Positions 39,123-48,995 of a stretch of 64,000 bases of DNA are shown piece by piece. This DNA is from an uncultured archaeon (GTDB taxonomy: Archaea; Asgardarchaeota; Thorarchaeia; Thorarchaeales; Thorarchaeaceae). The notes beneath the pieces are model-generated. The model was not told the DNA's origin. It did not search any database and was given only the letters and a program-made list of their open reading frames with translations. The stretch covers positions 128,001 through 192,000 of the forward strand of contig CAZLEV010000002.1 in the NCBI GenBank assembly GCA_964558645.1, in the 5' to 3' direction. The translations under genes were made by a program, and so were the position numbers. Each line of letters begins with the position of its first letter. Position 1 is the first letter of the stretch.

Positions 39123-39134
39123 TGAATCCAATAT

Positions 39135-39180
39135 ATGAGAGAGGGTCGTCCTCTTTCATTCTCTCTTTTTTCTATCTTTC
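39135..39180 (+). terminator. Hairpin plus pyrimidine/T-rich tract after acyl-CoA dehydrogenase
   Basis: ATGAGAGAGG-GTCGT-CCTCTTTCAT followed by TCTCTCTTTTTTCT. Confidence 0.55.
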
Positions 39181-39409
39181 GTTATGCGTTTTATCGTATG
39201 ATGATTAACTGCAGAGCCAAATTCGTCATAGAATGATTCGCTAATCTCTCACGGCGTCAGGTCTTGTACCCTCATGATCAAAATGAAGTCAATCTCTGCG
39301 CGAGTAAGACGGTCATCTCGGACCTTTCTTTGTGCACAGAGGCTCTGCTGAGAAACTCGAACACAGAGTTTAAGTCGCATGAGAGCAAGTACTGAATTAG
39401 GGAGGAGAA

Positions 39410-41278
39410 TTGAGAACTAGAGTTTTCCCTCTACTGATACTAGTGTTGATGACACTGTCGAATCCATCTGTCCGACCAAGCGTACCATTGTCCACAGAGA
39501 AGGGGTCTTTTTCGGTTGACGCAAATACGTCTTACGCAGTAACAGAAGATACAATCGTTATCTCTTCAAAGTCAGATTTTGAGACCTGGTCATCAAGTGG
39601 AAACGGGACGGAAGAGAACCCCTACATGGTTAGCGGGTTAAACATAGCCAGAGTGGCTCCTGCCCTAGTATTTGAGAATTCTAGATACCATTTCACCCTC
39701 AGAAACTGTAGTTTCGTTGGAGATGGAATTCACGATGCGTATCTGTTGGACCACTTCTTCTCTCTGTCTCCTCGAGAAGCAATTGTTATTCTAGACAATG
39801 TTAGCAACGGGAGGATAATAAACTGCTCTGCGAGTAATATCTCAGTTGGTGTTGCCCTACATAATTCGGAGAACTGTGAAGTCATCAATAGCTCGGTCAC
39901 ACTCTCAGGATGTGGGATTCTTCTGGAGAATTCTACGTCATGTGCTGTTCGCAACAGCGTCATTACCGATTCGTTCTACGGAATCAGTTTCCAAGAAACG
40001 GCTTCATCTCAAGTGTGGGAAAACACACTATCGGACTGTACCGAGTCCGGTATCTACCTCTCTCAGACAACAGCCTGTAGCATTATCAACAATACGATGA
40101 CAGGAGGGGGAATAGAATTTGCCAGATCTGAAGACTCTGCTCTGCGGCATTTCGAGCACGAGATCGAGACCAATGAGGTTGGAGGACGCCAGATTCTCTA
40201 TCTTCGTGAGAATCATAATCGAATGCTGGATTGCAGCGATTATTCACAGATGATTATCGTTGATTCAGACAACATCACACTGAGATCCGGAGAGTTCAGA
40301 AATGTATCAACAGCTGTTTTGCTCGCATTTTCACCTAGGTGCAGAGTGGAAGACAGTACTATCTCGTTTTCAGGCTCGGGAATCTCGATTCGTGAATCAT
40401 ATGATTGCAGCGTCAAGAACATTTCAGCGGCGTTCTGTGGTACTGCTGTTGAGGCGACTTCGTCCGAATCATTCATGGGCAGTGAAAACCATTTCCTGGC
40501 CTGCAATCAGGGCTTCTCTATTATCAACAGCTCCGATTGTGTCATATCACTGAATGATTTGGATGTGATACCAGGGCATCTGCGTGCAAGTGGAATCTGG
40601 GCATTCTATTCAACTGGGCTCTCTATTCTAAACAACTCAATTTACTTGGATAGGAATCATATGAACACCCTATTGAGTCTGCAAAGCACTGCAATAAACC
40701 CAATTTGGATTGGTGGAGGGATAAATCAGATGGATCCTCTCGTTCCGAAACTTGCGCCCGTTCCCCATTATATGTCCGGTGTAGCCATCCATGACATGAA
40801 TAAGGCTTCCATTCGGTACAATAACATATCCGGATTCTCCTATGGCGTCCATATGGCCAGCTGTAACTCATGCGTCATAGCCCGAAACCAGTTCCAGGAA
40901 ATCGTGCATTCATGTGTTACTCTTTTGCCATCTTGTACGAACAATGCCATCTACGGAAATATCTTTCAAGCTGCTAGGACGCCACTCGCAGCAGACTACG
41001 GGATAGGGAACACTTGGTACAACTCTACAAGCGGCGGCAACTACTGGAGCAACTACGGAGGCTGGGGGCCGTATCTGGTTGGCGGAAATGCGTCAAGTAT
41101 TGACTGGTATCCAAATGGGCAAAAGGGATTTCTTCATGTGTTCATCAGTGCTGCCGTTATAGCGGGGGTTTTTGTTATTGTAGTGATTCAATCAAAGATA
41201 CGTGATGGTGAGGTTGCTGTGGCCAAATGCGCTCGTATTTCATCTTCAAACATGTCAATAGGCCAGCAAATGCAATGA
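39410..41278 (+). CDS. NosD-like right-handed parallel beta-helix surface protein
   Basis: GNGTEENPY, repeated GI.L..S..C.I.N units, GGNYWSNY, signal peptide and C-terminal TM. Confidence 0.88.
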   Translation: MRTRVFPLLILVLMTLSNPSVRPSVPLSTEKGSFSVDANTSYAVTEDTIVISSKSDFETWSSSGNGTEENPYMVSGLNIARVAPALVFENSRYHFTLRNCSFVGDGIHDAYLLDHFFSLSPREAIVILDNVSNGRIINCSASNISVGVALHNSENCEVINSSVTLSGCGILLENSTSCAVRNSVITDSFYGISFQETASSQVWENTLSDCTESGIYLSQTTACSIINNTMTGGGIEFARSEDSALRHFEHEIETNEVGGRQILYLRENHNRMLDCSDYSQMIIVDSDNITLRSGEFRNVSTAVLLAFSPRCRVEDSTISFSGSGISIRESYDCSVKNISAAFCGTAVEATSSESFMGSENHFLACNQGFSIINSSDCVISLNDLDVIPGHLRASGIWAFYSTGLSILNNSIYLDRNHMNTLLSLQSTAINPIWIGGGINQMDPLVPKLAPVPHYMSGVAIHDMNKASIRYNNISGFSYGVHMASCNSCVIARNQFQEIVHSCVTLLPSCTNNAIYGNIFQAARTPLAADYGIGNTWYNSTSGGNYWSNYGGWGPYLVGGNASSIDWYPNGQKGFLHVFISAAVIAGVFVIVVIQSKIRDGEVAVAKCARISSSNMSIGQQMQ

Positions 41279-41355
41279 CTATGATAGCAGAGTATCCAAT
41301 AGGGAGAGATATACTTTGGAGTAAAGAAACCACTACCAAATCAACGCATTCGCGG

Positions 41356-42756
41356 CTAGATTTCCGTATTTGCATCGAGTTCAATGGCATATAACCCATC
41401 CTCAGAACGGGCAACCCTCATTTTGTTGTCCCTCAACCTGCTCTTGCCCATGATGGCACGAACGACATTCTTGGTTTCCCATAACGACTTGTAATGAGTT
41501 ACCTGGTCCCGGGCGGCTGAAGCAGAAAGAGATGGTGGCTCGGCGGTCGTCCGACGCCGACTAAGTACTGAGCTATTCTTCACTTCTATGAAGAGCGATG
41601 TTCCATTAGCAGTTGCAACAAGATCGACCTTCCCCCCGAGTACGGCTTGTTCCGACAGAAGCTCTGCAACTCCACCCACACCTAGATGAGTAGCGAGTTC
41701 GTCCCAAGTAGTTTCGATGCACTTCTTCGAAAAGGCTTGGAGATACAGCTCTGACCTGTTTATTCTGCGGTCCGGGTTTCTTCGTCCGGTTAGTACATCT
41801 TCGAGGATAGCCACCGGCTCTGCATTCATCCGCTGTTCGCAGGTGATGAACCATGGCAGAGCATCGACCCGCCGCCGACCTGTTTCAAACTGATTATAAC
41901 CAAAGACACGTTCAACATTCTCAAGTGGAACCTGAAAGTGCGACTTGCCGAATTGCATGCGAGATACTAGATTTGCACCCAAACGAGAGTACTCGTTCTT
42001 GAAGATGAACAAGCCACTCTTCTCCGTTTTCTTGATTCTCTTCAATCTCAGGCGGTAGGGAAAATAGTGATTGCCGCGGTTTCTACCCTTCTTTACTGCC
42101 TTCCATTTCGTATCCCCGCAGACTGGAACAGGGTCGTATTCTTCATTGCCCACGGCTATACCCTTCGCATATTCTCTGGGGATATACTTCTTTACGACTC
42201 TATACAAATCATACAGGCGAAAAGAGTGATAGAATGAGTAGTAGTCGCCCTCATCAATGTCGAGGAAGGCCCAGCGTCCGTGCGCCCCTTCCGGAAATCC
42301 CGCAGTTTCATGCTCTATAGAGATCATCAAGTTCTCGAGTGTGGCCATCAGATGGATGTAGAACTTGGGTCTTAGATAGAACTCACGAGGGATGTGTATG
42401 CTGAATTCATCAATAATAGGGAAAACCTCAGTTGGCGATTCTTGACCGACAACCACCGGGGGTATCTTCCTCGTTCTCAGTTTGACTGGACCTCGAGCCG
42501 TTCGCGCAGAGAATGGTTTTTTTCTGTCGTCCCTCAGTTTATAGTATCCATTGCCTTTCATTTCGAACACGGTGGGTTTTCTGGACATCTCGGTACGTAG
42601 AGATGCCCAAGGGGTCTTCCGTGACATCGGATTCGGGGGAGGTATAAGCCCCTTTTCCACAGCAAGGCTGGTGATTGTCTGGTAGTGAAGGGCTTCACCC
42701 GCCTCCTCAAGAATCTGCTTCGCTGCTTTCCACTTAGGAATGTACTTCGCACTCAT
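41356..42756 (-). CDS. HARE-HTH + PUA/EVE-like + PD-(D/E)xK nuclease (putative modification-dependent restriction endonuclease)
   Basis: AAKQILEEAGEALHYQTIT...KTPWASL...FEMKGNGYYKL (HARE-HTH); IDEGDYYSFY...YRVVK...FPYRLRL (EVE-like); E..GGKVDLV...FIEVK...QVTHY (nuclease). Confidence 0.72.
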   Translation of the reverse strand: MSAKYIPKWKAAKQILEEAGEALHYQTITSLAVEKGLIPPPNPMSRKTPWASLRTEMSRKPTVFEMKGNGYYKLRDDRKKPFSARTARGPVKLRTRKIPPVVVGQESPTEVFPIIDEFSIHIPREFYLRPKFYIHLMATLENLMISIEHETAGFPEGAHGRWAFLDIDEGDYYSFYHSFRLYDLYRVVKKYIPREYAKGIAVGNEEYDPVPVCGDTKWKAVKKGRNRGNHYFPYRLRLKRIKKTEKSGLFIFKNEYSRLGANLVSRMQFGKSHFQVPLENVERVFGYNQFETGRRRVDALPWFITCEQRMNAEPVAILEDVLTGRRNPDRRINRSELYLQAFSKKCIETTWDELATHLGVGGVAELLSEQAVLGGKVDLVATANGTSLFIEVKNSSVLSRRRTTAEPPSLSASAARDQVTHYKSLWETKNVVRAIMGKSRLRDNKMRVARSEDGLYAIELDANTEI

Positions 42757-42883
42757 TGATATACCCAACTCCAAAGATTGAACATGCACGCTTATGGGAT
42801 GGGCAGCTAATATGTGTACTTGATGCTTGGTTGGTAGCCATAGTTCGCTCGGTTGTTCCGAGTGAAATCATCAAAAGAGAATC

Positions 42884-43990
42884 ATGGGAGTATATCTTGA
42901 GGACAGGGTCATCGTGAATGCAGTGAGGGCAGTTCCAAACACCAAAGGGTTCGTGGAAAGCCTCTCATACTTTTCGATAGAGAACATCCTTGTCGACGTG
43001 TTCCTCAGATCCTATCCCCTTGACACTGACGTGCCAAAGGGCCTTCTGGATAAGATTCGGTGTATAAGAATCATCCAGATATCTGAGGATACTCTGACCG
43101 TGGGCCCCAAAAAACCGTTCGTCACCGCCATCATTCCATTCGATGAGATTGCCGCCATCACGGTTTCATCTGAAACGACTCGTCCGGATGAGGACGAAAT
43201 CGACGAGCGCATTGAGGCAGAGTGTCCCGCCTGGGAGAGAGAGTTCGCCGCGGAGATTGGGTCAAAGAGGAGAAAGATGATGAAGAGAAACAAGTCAGAT
43301 GCCATCCAGAGTCTGCATCCCGCTGAGTTCTGGGACTGTGTCAAGTCAGAAGAGTACGCCGTTGTCGATGTCTATGCTCCGTGGTGTCAACCGTGCAAGG
43401 AGGTGGAGGTTGTCCTGCAAGAGCTCGCCGAGAATCACGGAAACCGGGCGATCTTTGCCAGACTCGACGGTGATGAAGACGACAAGTTGACCGAGGAGCT
43501 GAACATCAGCGCGTATCCCACCGTTCTCCTGTTCCAGAACGGACAAATTGAGAGAACCATCGAAGGCGCGAGAAGCTTCGAGCGATACGAGAGGGAGATC
43601 GAGATACTGCTCGGCCTCCGCAAGAGGGAGGAACTCCGGAACGAGAGAGCCGATGGGAGTGTGAGCATCCTCTCCTCCGAGACCCTGATGGACTATGTTG
43701 ATGATTCGATGGCCTCTGTCATCATGTTCTTCGAGCGAGGGGACTACGAGTGTCAGTTGCAGTCCCGCGTGATGCGAGAGCTTGCTCAGGAGTATAGGGG
43801 GCGCGTCCTGTTTGCCAAGGCAGATGTGGATGCAGAGAAGGAGCTGGCCGAGCTATTCGAAGTTGAGGGAACTCCAGAGCTGTATTTCGTCCTCGATGGC
43901 GAGGTCGTTGCCTATGTTGATGGACGCATGACAAGAGGCGATCTTCGTCAGGAGTTGAACGAATTGCTCAAGGAAGCAGGATTGTCGTAG
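42884..43990 (+). CDS. Tandem thioredoxin-domain protein with unknown N-terminal domain
   Basis: VVDVYAPWCQPC...ISAYPTVLLF, and a second Trx fold with DYECQL (single Cys)...VEGTPELYF. Confidence 0.85.
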   Translation: MGVYLEDRVIVNAVRAVPNTKGFVESLSYFSIENILVDVFLRSYPLDTDVPKGLLDKIRCIRIIQISEDTLTVGPKKPFVTAIIPFDEIAAITVSSETTRPDEDEIDERIEAECPAWEREFAAEIGSKRRKMMKRNKSDAIQSLHPAEFWDCVKSEEYAVVDVYAPWCQPCKEVEVVLQELAENHGNRAIFARLDGDEDDKLTEELNISAYPTVLLFQNGQIERTIEGARSFERYEREIEILLGLRKREELRNERADGSVSILSSETLMDYVDDSMASVIMFFERGDYECQLQSRVMRELAQEYRGRVLFAKADVDAEKELAELFEVEGTPELYFVLDGEVVAYVDGRMTRGDLRQELNELLKEAGLS

Positions 43991-44087
43991 CAGGGAAGGC
44001 AGACTGCTCTCCGGCATTTCTCGGGACAAGACTGATAAGAAGTGAAGAGGTTCATCCTGTGGATACATTCTATCGTGGTGGGTTTCT

Positions 44088-46880
44088 ATGAATCTCGAGA
44101 GACTGAGGGTATACGGTTATGCTGTCCTAATCAACAAGTTCGAGGCGGAGTTCAGAGAGTTTCTCTCAAACGATGTTCTTGCACTGAAGTACGGCCATCT
44201 GTGGCAGCAGGGGGTACCGAAAGGGATTGTGCAGATGGCTCGCGACCTTGCAGAAGTGAACAGATTTGAAGACCCGATGGACTTGCTGGATTACGTAGGA
44301 TTCCCCCATCTCAAAGAGATAGCAGCATACAGAAACAACTACACATCTTGTGACAGCTTTCTGGGAGAACTCTCGAAATCGGAGTTCACACGAGTCATGG
44401 ATGAGCTAGCCAAGCTAAGAAACAAAATAGCGCACGTGCGTCGGGCGTTTTCTCTTCTGGATTTTGACCGCCTCTTGGAACTTGTCGGCGTTCTATGCCA
44501 AGGGTATGCTGCCGCGGAAGTACGGGACTACGTCAGACTTGAGAGATACTGCGAGTTCGAAGATATACCACCCGGATTTGTCGTTGAGGAACAAGACTTC
44601 TCAATAACGTCGAATCTGCCCCCTGAGGAATACCATCTTGAGGGAGGATTCGTCGGAAGAAAAGAAGACAAGAAAAGGCTTGAAGAAGTACTCTTCTCCG
44701 ATTTGGATCGGGTCATTACTCTGACAGGAAGCGGTGGAGTAGGAAAGACTGCTCTCGCCCTCAACGTTGCATACAGTATCTGTGATGCCAAGGACTGTCC
44801 ATTCACGGCGATTGTCTGGTTTAGCGCCAAGACATCTAGGCTTACTCCAAAAGGAATAAGCGAACAAGCACCTGAAATACAGAACTTCGAGGAGTTTGTT
44901 AGAAGGGTTGTCAGCATACTGATTCCAAGTGCATCGGACATAATCGCTTCCGACGTTCCTCTTGAGAAGCTTGTACAACACCTAACAGACTATCTCTCAG
45001 AGAATCCTACATTATTGATTATCGATAATCTCGAAACAATTATGGAGGATCATGACCTTGTCAAGTTCCTCAAGGATGTGCCACGACCATCGAAGGCTCT
45101 AATCACAAGCAGAAGAGGATTAGGAGAAGTAGAGAGACGTATTTTTCTGGATGCTCTGTCAGAAGCGGACGCGATTCGGCTGTTCCGCTTGATTTGCAGA
45201 GACAAGGGTTTGAAGGCCTACCGTGAACTGCCAAACAAGCAGATTGCGGACCTCGTGGAAAGGGTCCAGAGATATCCACTCGCAATAAAGTGGTCTCTAG
45301 GAAAGGCTGCATTGGGCAAAGACGTCAATGAGGCATTTGAACTGCCTCTGAAGGGTACAAGCGATATTGCGAAATTCTGCTTTGAAGACATCTTTGGGAT
45401 GCTATCGACTGAAGCCAGGCATTGTCTCTACGGCATATCGATGTTTGATGAGCCGCCTTCAGGTACTCTTCTTAGGTATTTGATGGATCTCGATGATGAT
45501 GTTTTCGAGGATGCAATTCAAGAGCTAACCTTAGCTTCTTTTGTCTTCTATGACTCTCTCGAATCAGGTGACGGAGGAGTCACCACGGGATACGGGATCC
45601 TCTCTCTCACACAGGATTACGTTCAAGAGAAACTGAATCAAGAGGAAGAAGTACGAGTCAAATTAACAGACCGATTCTATAGGCTTAGGCAAATGGTGGA
45701 ACAAGAAGAGAAAGTGAGGTCACTCAGGTCATACTCGGTGTATAGTTTGGGTGCCAAGACTCCGGAGGATAGAGTCGCGGTCAACATGGTGAAAACGGCG
45801 AAAAGTCTGGCAAGTGACAGGAAATACTCTGAAGCGTCAGAACTATTCGAGAAGGCATTGGAGGTGGCCCCGACTCTAACATACGTCATTACAGAATATG
45901 CTAAGTATGAAGCGAGTAGAAGAAGATTCCGAGAGGCAGAAAGGCTTCTTGAGAGAGCTCTTGATGTGGAACCAACCAATTTCCACATATGGTATCAAGG
46001 GGGCATCCTGAAGAAACGGCAACATAAGCTTCAGGAAGCCAAAGGTATGCTGGAGAGAGGGCTTGAACTAAACCCAGACCACCCCAATCTTAGCATAGAA
46101 CTGGGCCGAGTCCTCACATTTCTGGAGGGTTTTGAGAATGCTGACACACTCTTTCGTCAGACTCTACAGAAAACGTCTCTAATCACAGGCAGACAAAAAG
46201 CAATACTGCTATCGCATCTGGCTGACAACTACCGACGATGGGGACAGGCTGAGAAACGACGGGGAAATCAAGATGAGGCAATTCGACTACTGAAAATGGG
46301 GTTGGAGCAGATTGACAAAGCCTTGAAGCTGTTGCCCGACAGAAGAACCGGTGATTCATGGAGGCGAGTTCATCAGGACTACGGCATTCTTCTCTGCCAG
46401 TGCGGCAAGATAGACGAGGGAGTCGCCCAGCTCGAAGCCGCCCTTCAGTCCATCAAGATTGGGGATAGAGAAATGCCTCTTGATCGTGAGTTCGAGGCCG
46501 GCACCTACTTCTATATTGCCGCCTACGAGATGAAAAGCAATAAGCCGAGACTCGACAGAGTACGAGCATTTGTTCAAAAGGGCCTATCTATTGTGCCGCA
46601 AAAGAGTAAATACAAGAAGAAACTTCAGAACCTGTCTGCAACTGCAAGGGAGGAGAAGGATCGCACAATAGGACGTATTCGCTTCTTCAATTCAAGAAGG
46701 GGCTACGGAATCATTGATACCTCAGATGAAACCTGTATATTCTATCCGTCTAGCTTTCGAGATTCTATCCAGAGTATTGCTCCTTCGTCCTTGAAGGGAA
46801 CACATGTTAGTTTTGTGGGAGAACCAACTAGAGAGTTCAGAGGAAAATGCCTAGCTTCAGATATTGTGATGGTGAGTTGA
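44088..46880 (+). CDS. HEPN (Swt1-like) - NB-ARC/STAND ATPase - TPR - cold-shock domain protein (NLR/Avs-like defence)
   Basis: FEAEFREF...LRNKIAH (RxxxxH), FVGR, GSGGVGKT, LLIIDNLE, ITSR, RYPLAI, TPRs, and C-terminal GRIRFFNSRRGYGII. Confidence 0.85.
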   Translation: MNLERLRVYGYAVLINKFEAEFREFLSNDVLALKYGHLWQQGVPKGIVQMARDLAEVNRFEDPMDLLDYVGFPHLKEIAAYRNNYTSCDSFLGELSKSEFTRVMDELAKLRNKIAHVRRAFSLLDFDRLLELVGVLCQGYAAAEVRDYVRLERYCEFEDIPPGFVVEEQDFSITSNLPPEEYHLEGGFVGRKEDKKRLEEVLFSDLDRVITLTGSGGVGKTALALNVAYSICDAKDCPFTAIVWFSAKTSRLTPKGISEQAPEIQNFEEFVRRVVSILIPSASDIIASDVPLEKLVQHLTDYLSENPTLLIIDNLETIMEDHDLVKFLKDVPRPSKALITSRRGLGEVERRIFLDALSEADAIRLFRLICRDKGLKAYRELPNKQIADLVERVQRYPLAIKWSLGKAALGKDVNEAFELPLKGTSDIAKFCFEDIFGMLSTEARHCLYGISMFDEPPSGTLLRYLMDLDDDVFEDAIQELTLASFVFYDSLESGDGGVTTGYGILSLTQDYVQEKLNQEEEVRVKLTDRFYRLRQMVEQEEKVRSLRSYSVYSLGAKTPEDRVAVNMVKTAKSLASDRKYSEASELFEKALEVAPTLTYVITEYAKYEASRRRFREAERLLERALDVEPTNFHIWYQGGILKKRQHKLQEAKGMLERGLELNPDHPNLSIELGRVLTFLEGFENADTLFRQTLQKTSLITGRQKAILLSHLADNYRRWGQAEKRRGNQDEAIRLLKMGLEQIDKALKLLPDRRTGDSWRRVHQDYGILLCQCGKIDEGVAQLEAALQSIKIGDREMPLDREFEAGTYFYIAAYEMKSNKPRLDRVRAFVQKGLSIVPQKSKYKKKLQNLSATAREEKDRTIGRIRFFNSRRGYGIIDTSDETCIFYPSSFRDSIQSIAPSSLKGTHVSFVGEPTREFRGKCLASDIVMVS

Positions 46881-46942
46881 AGACCGGGGTCATCTATGCT
46901 GGATTCGGGCTACTGCCCGTAAACCGCTGACGGAACAACGTA

Positions 46943-48670
46943 CTACTCCTCGTCTTCTTCCGGCCATAGTATGCGGTAGTTGTAGTCGGACTCGCTCAGG
47001 TTCAGCTCTTTTCTGATACGCTTCAAGATGAGATTTGTGCGTTCTCGCAAGAAGCGCCGGTACTTTCGTAGGTCAAGTAGATCCCTTTCTATCAGCGCTC
47101 TTTTCATCTCGGATTCTACCACATCTGCGAAGTAGTCTTTCGGATGTGAGTCGCTTTTTTGCCGGTTCTTTGACCTCGCAAGAATCCAAAAATTCGCAAC
47201 ATGATTTATCTCGGACCACTCATATCTATCAGATAGAAGGGCTTTGGGAAATATGTGATCGATTTCAGGTGCGTTGCCCTGATATTTGAGACCAGTCAGG
47301 TTCCTACCTTGAATGAGATGATGAGTCAGGTAAGTGTTCTCTCCTAGCATATCAGCATCGAGCTCAGAGAACCTGTGGTAGTCGTATACCCACTTGACTC
47401 CTTCTCTCAGAGGGAATGTATAGTCATTCTGTTCGACTCGCGGTTGAATATGGTTTCTGATGAACTTCCAAGGTCGAGAGTCCGCGTATCGTGAGAAAGG
47501 AGAAACCCAACTGAAAAGATAGACAGACTTCTTCGCAGCCTCAACTTGACCTTGCGGTACCTGGTGATTCGGCGCGTGATAGAGATAGTAGATCAGAGGA
47601 ATCAGGTTGTTATTGCTCGATATGAGCTTCTCACTTCTCAGGTGGCATTCTTCTGTCACAAAATCCACTGCAGCCGATATGGCTGCTACACCCTCATCGA
47701 AGTTTCGCATAATCAGGTCGACATTTGATTTCTTCCGCAGACGGTCCAAATCGAATCTGGTCCCAAGACCAGAAACAGCGTAAAGACATCGAATCACAAA
47801 ATCGTTTGTGATATCCAGATAGTTGCCTTCATTTATGTCGCGTACAAAGTCAGGAAGACGCACAGCTGAGTCCCGCCACTGCAGCTTCAAGAGACTGAAT
47901 ATCAGATCGGACCGTGCCAGTGGAGTACCTTCTCGGTTCACCCTGAAGAAAGCCTCCAAGACATCTGACTCCGATTTCCTGCTCCGATCATCCTCCATTT
48001 TTCCTTCGTCAATGACTGACCATTTCAGGATGTATCCGTCCATTGCAATTGCATCAACGAGTCGCCCCATGTTGACACGGATTCTTAGACGCTCGTCCGG
48101 AGGTAATGAATAGTCCTCCGCAATCTTGTCTTCCAATGCCATTCGTCCTTGATGCCCCATTTTGATGATGTCTTTAACTCTGATGGAGTATTCCACCGAT
48201 TCCCAGTCAACATCATCTCCTTCCCCCTTGACATAGTCAAGGTTCTCGTTATTCCCTTCCTCCGCTTCATCTCGTTTCAAGAAGAAGAATTCATACTTCT
48301 CTTCTTTGAAGTCATCTCCATCGTAACCACTGAGAATGTTCAAGTAGAGCTGCCTTCCCTCATAGCTCCCGTTGAGTGCCAGATAGAGTGCCTGCAGCCG
48401 CTGTTGACCGTCCAACACTAGTTTCAGGTGTTTCTTGCGGGGATTATCCTCGAATATATGAGGGATATCAGGTTGATAGTCCTTCAGAAACTTCCTGTGG
48501 TCGATGTCTTTGAAAGTGTCCCACAGCAGGACGATACCTATAGGGTACCCACGCATCAGGGAATCAAACAACTTGGTAATCTTGTCTTCATCCCAAACGA
48601 AGTCTCTTTGAATTGCAGGTAGTACAATACTTCCGCGTTCAATCTCACCCAGCAACTGCATTATGGTCAT
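46943..48670 (-). CDS. GmrSD-family (DUF262 + DUF1524/HNH) restriction nuclease
   Basis: LPAIQRDFVW, DSLMRGYPIG, LDGQQRL, FFRVNREGTPL and EIDHIFPK...NFWIL...N. AGGAGG precedes ATG at 48670. Confidence 0.88.
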   Translation of the reverse strand: MTIMQLLGEIERGSIVLPAIQRDFVWDEDKITKLFDSLMRGYPIGIVLLWDTFKDIDHRKFLKDYQPDIPHIFEDNPRKKHLKLVLDGQQRLQALYLALNGSYEGRQLYLNILSGYDGDDFKEEKYEFFFLKRDEAEEGNNENLDYVKGEGDDVDWESVEYSIRVKDIIKMGHQGRMALEDKIAEDYSLPPDERLRIRVNMGRLVDAIAMDGYILKWSVIDEGKMEDDRSRKSESDVLEAFFRVNREGTPLARSDLIFSLLKLQWRDSAVRLPDFVRDINEGNYLDITNDFVIRCLYAVSGLGTRFDLDRLRKKSNVDLIMRNFDEGVAAISAAVDFVTEECHLRSEKLISSNNNLIPLIYYLYHAPNHQVPQGQVEAAKKSVYLFSWVSPFSRYADSRPWKFIRNHIQPRVEQNDYTFPLREGVKWVYDYHRFSELDADMLGENTYLTHHLIQGRNLTGLKYQGNAPEIDHIFPKALLSDRYEWSEINHVANFWILARSKNRQKSDSHPKDYFADVVESEMKRALIERDLLDLRKYRRFLRERTNLILKRIRKELNLSESDYNYRILWPEEDEE

Positions 48671-48995
48671 TCGCGACCCTCCTATATCACAATCCGGAAC
48701 TGTACACAGGGTATACTGCTGTCCCATATAAATGGAGATGGTTCTCGACAGTTCTAATCGCAGATAGTGCCGCCCCGGGACATCTTCCATACCAACAAGC
48801 AGAACAGATGTCGGTTTCTGTCAGAGGGGACCTTATGGCTTTCCTCTCTCCTCTTTCTACAGATCTCTTGTCACAAAAGTGATTCGAATGATTTTCAGCG
48901 AATCTTCTATACAGTGGAACGAGGCATAGTTTCTCGTTTAACCGGAGATGGTCCACGGAAGCGCATGCCCGAAATCACATAGGTGGTGGGAGTGG

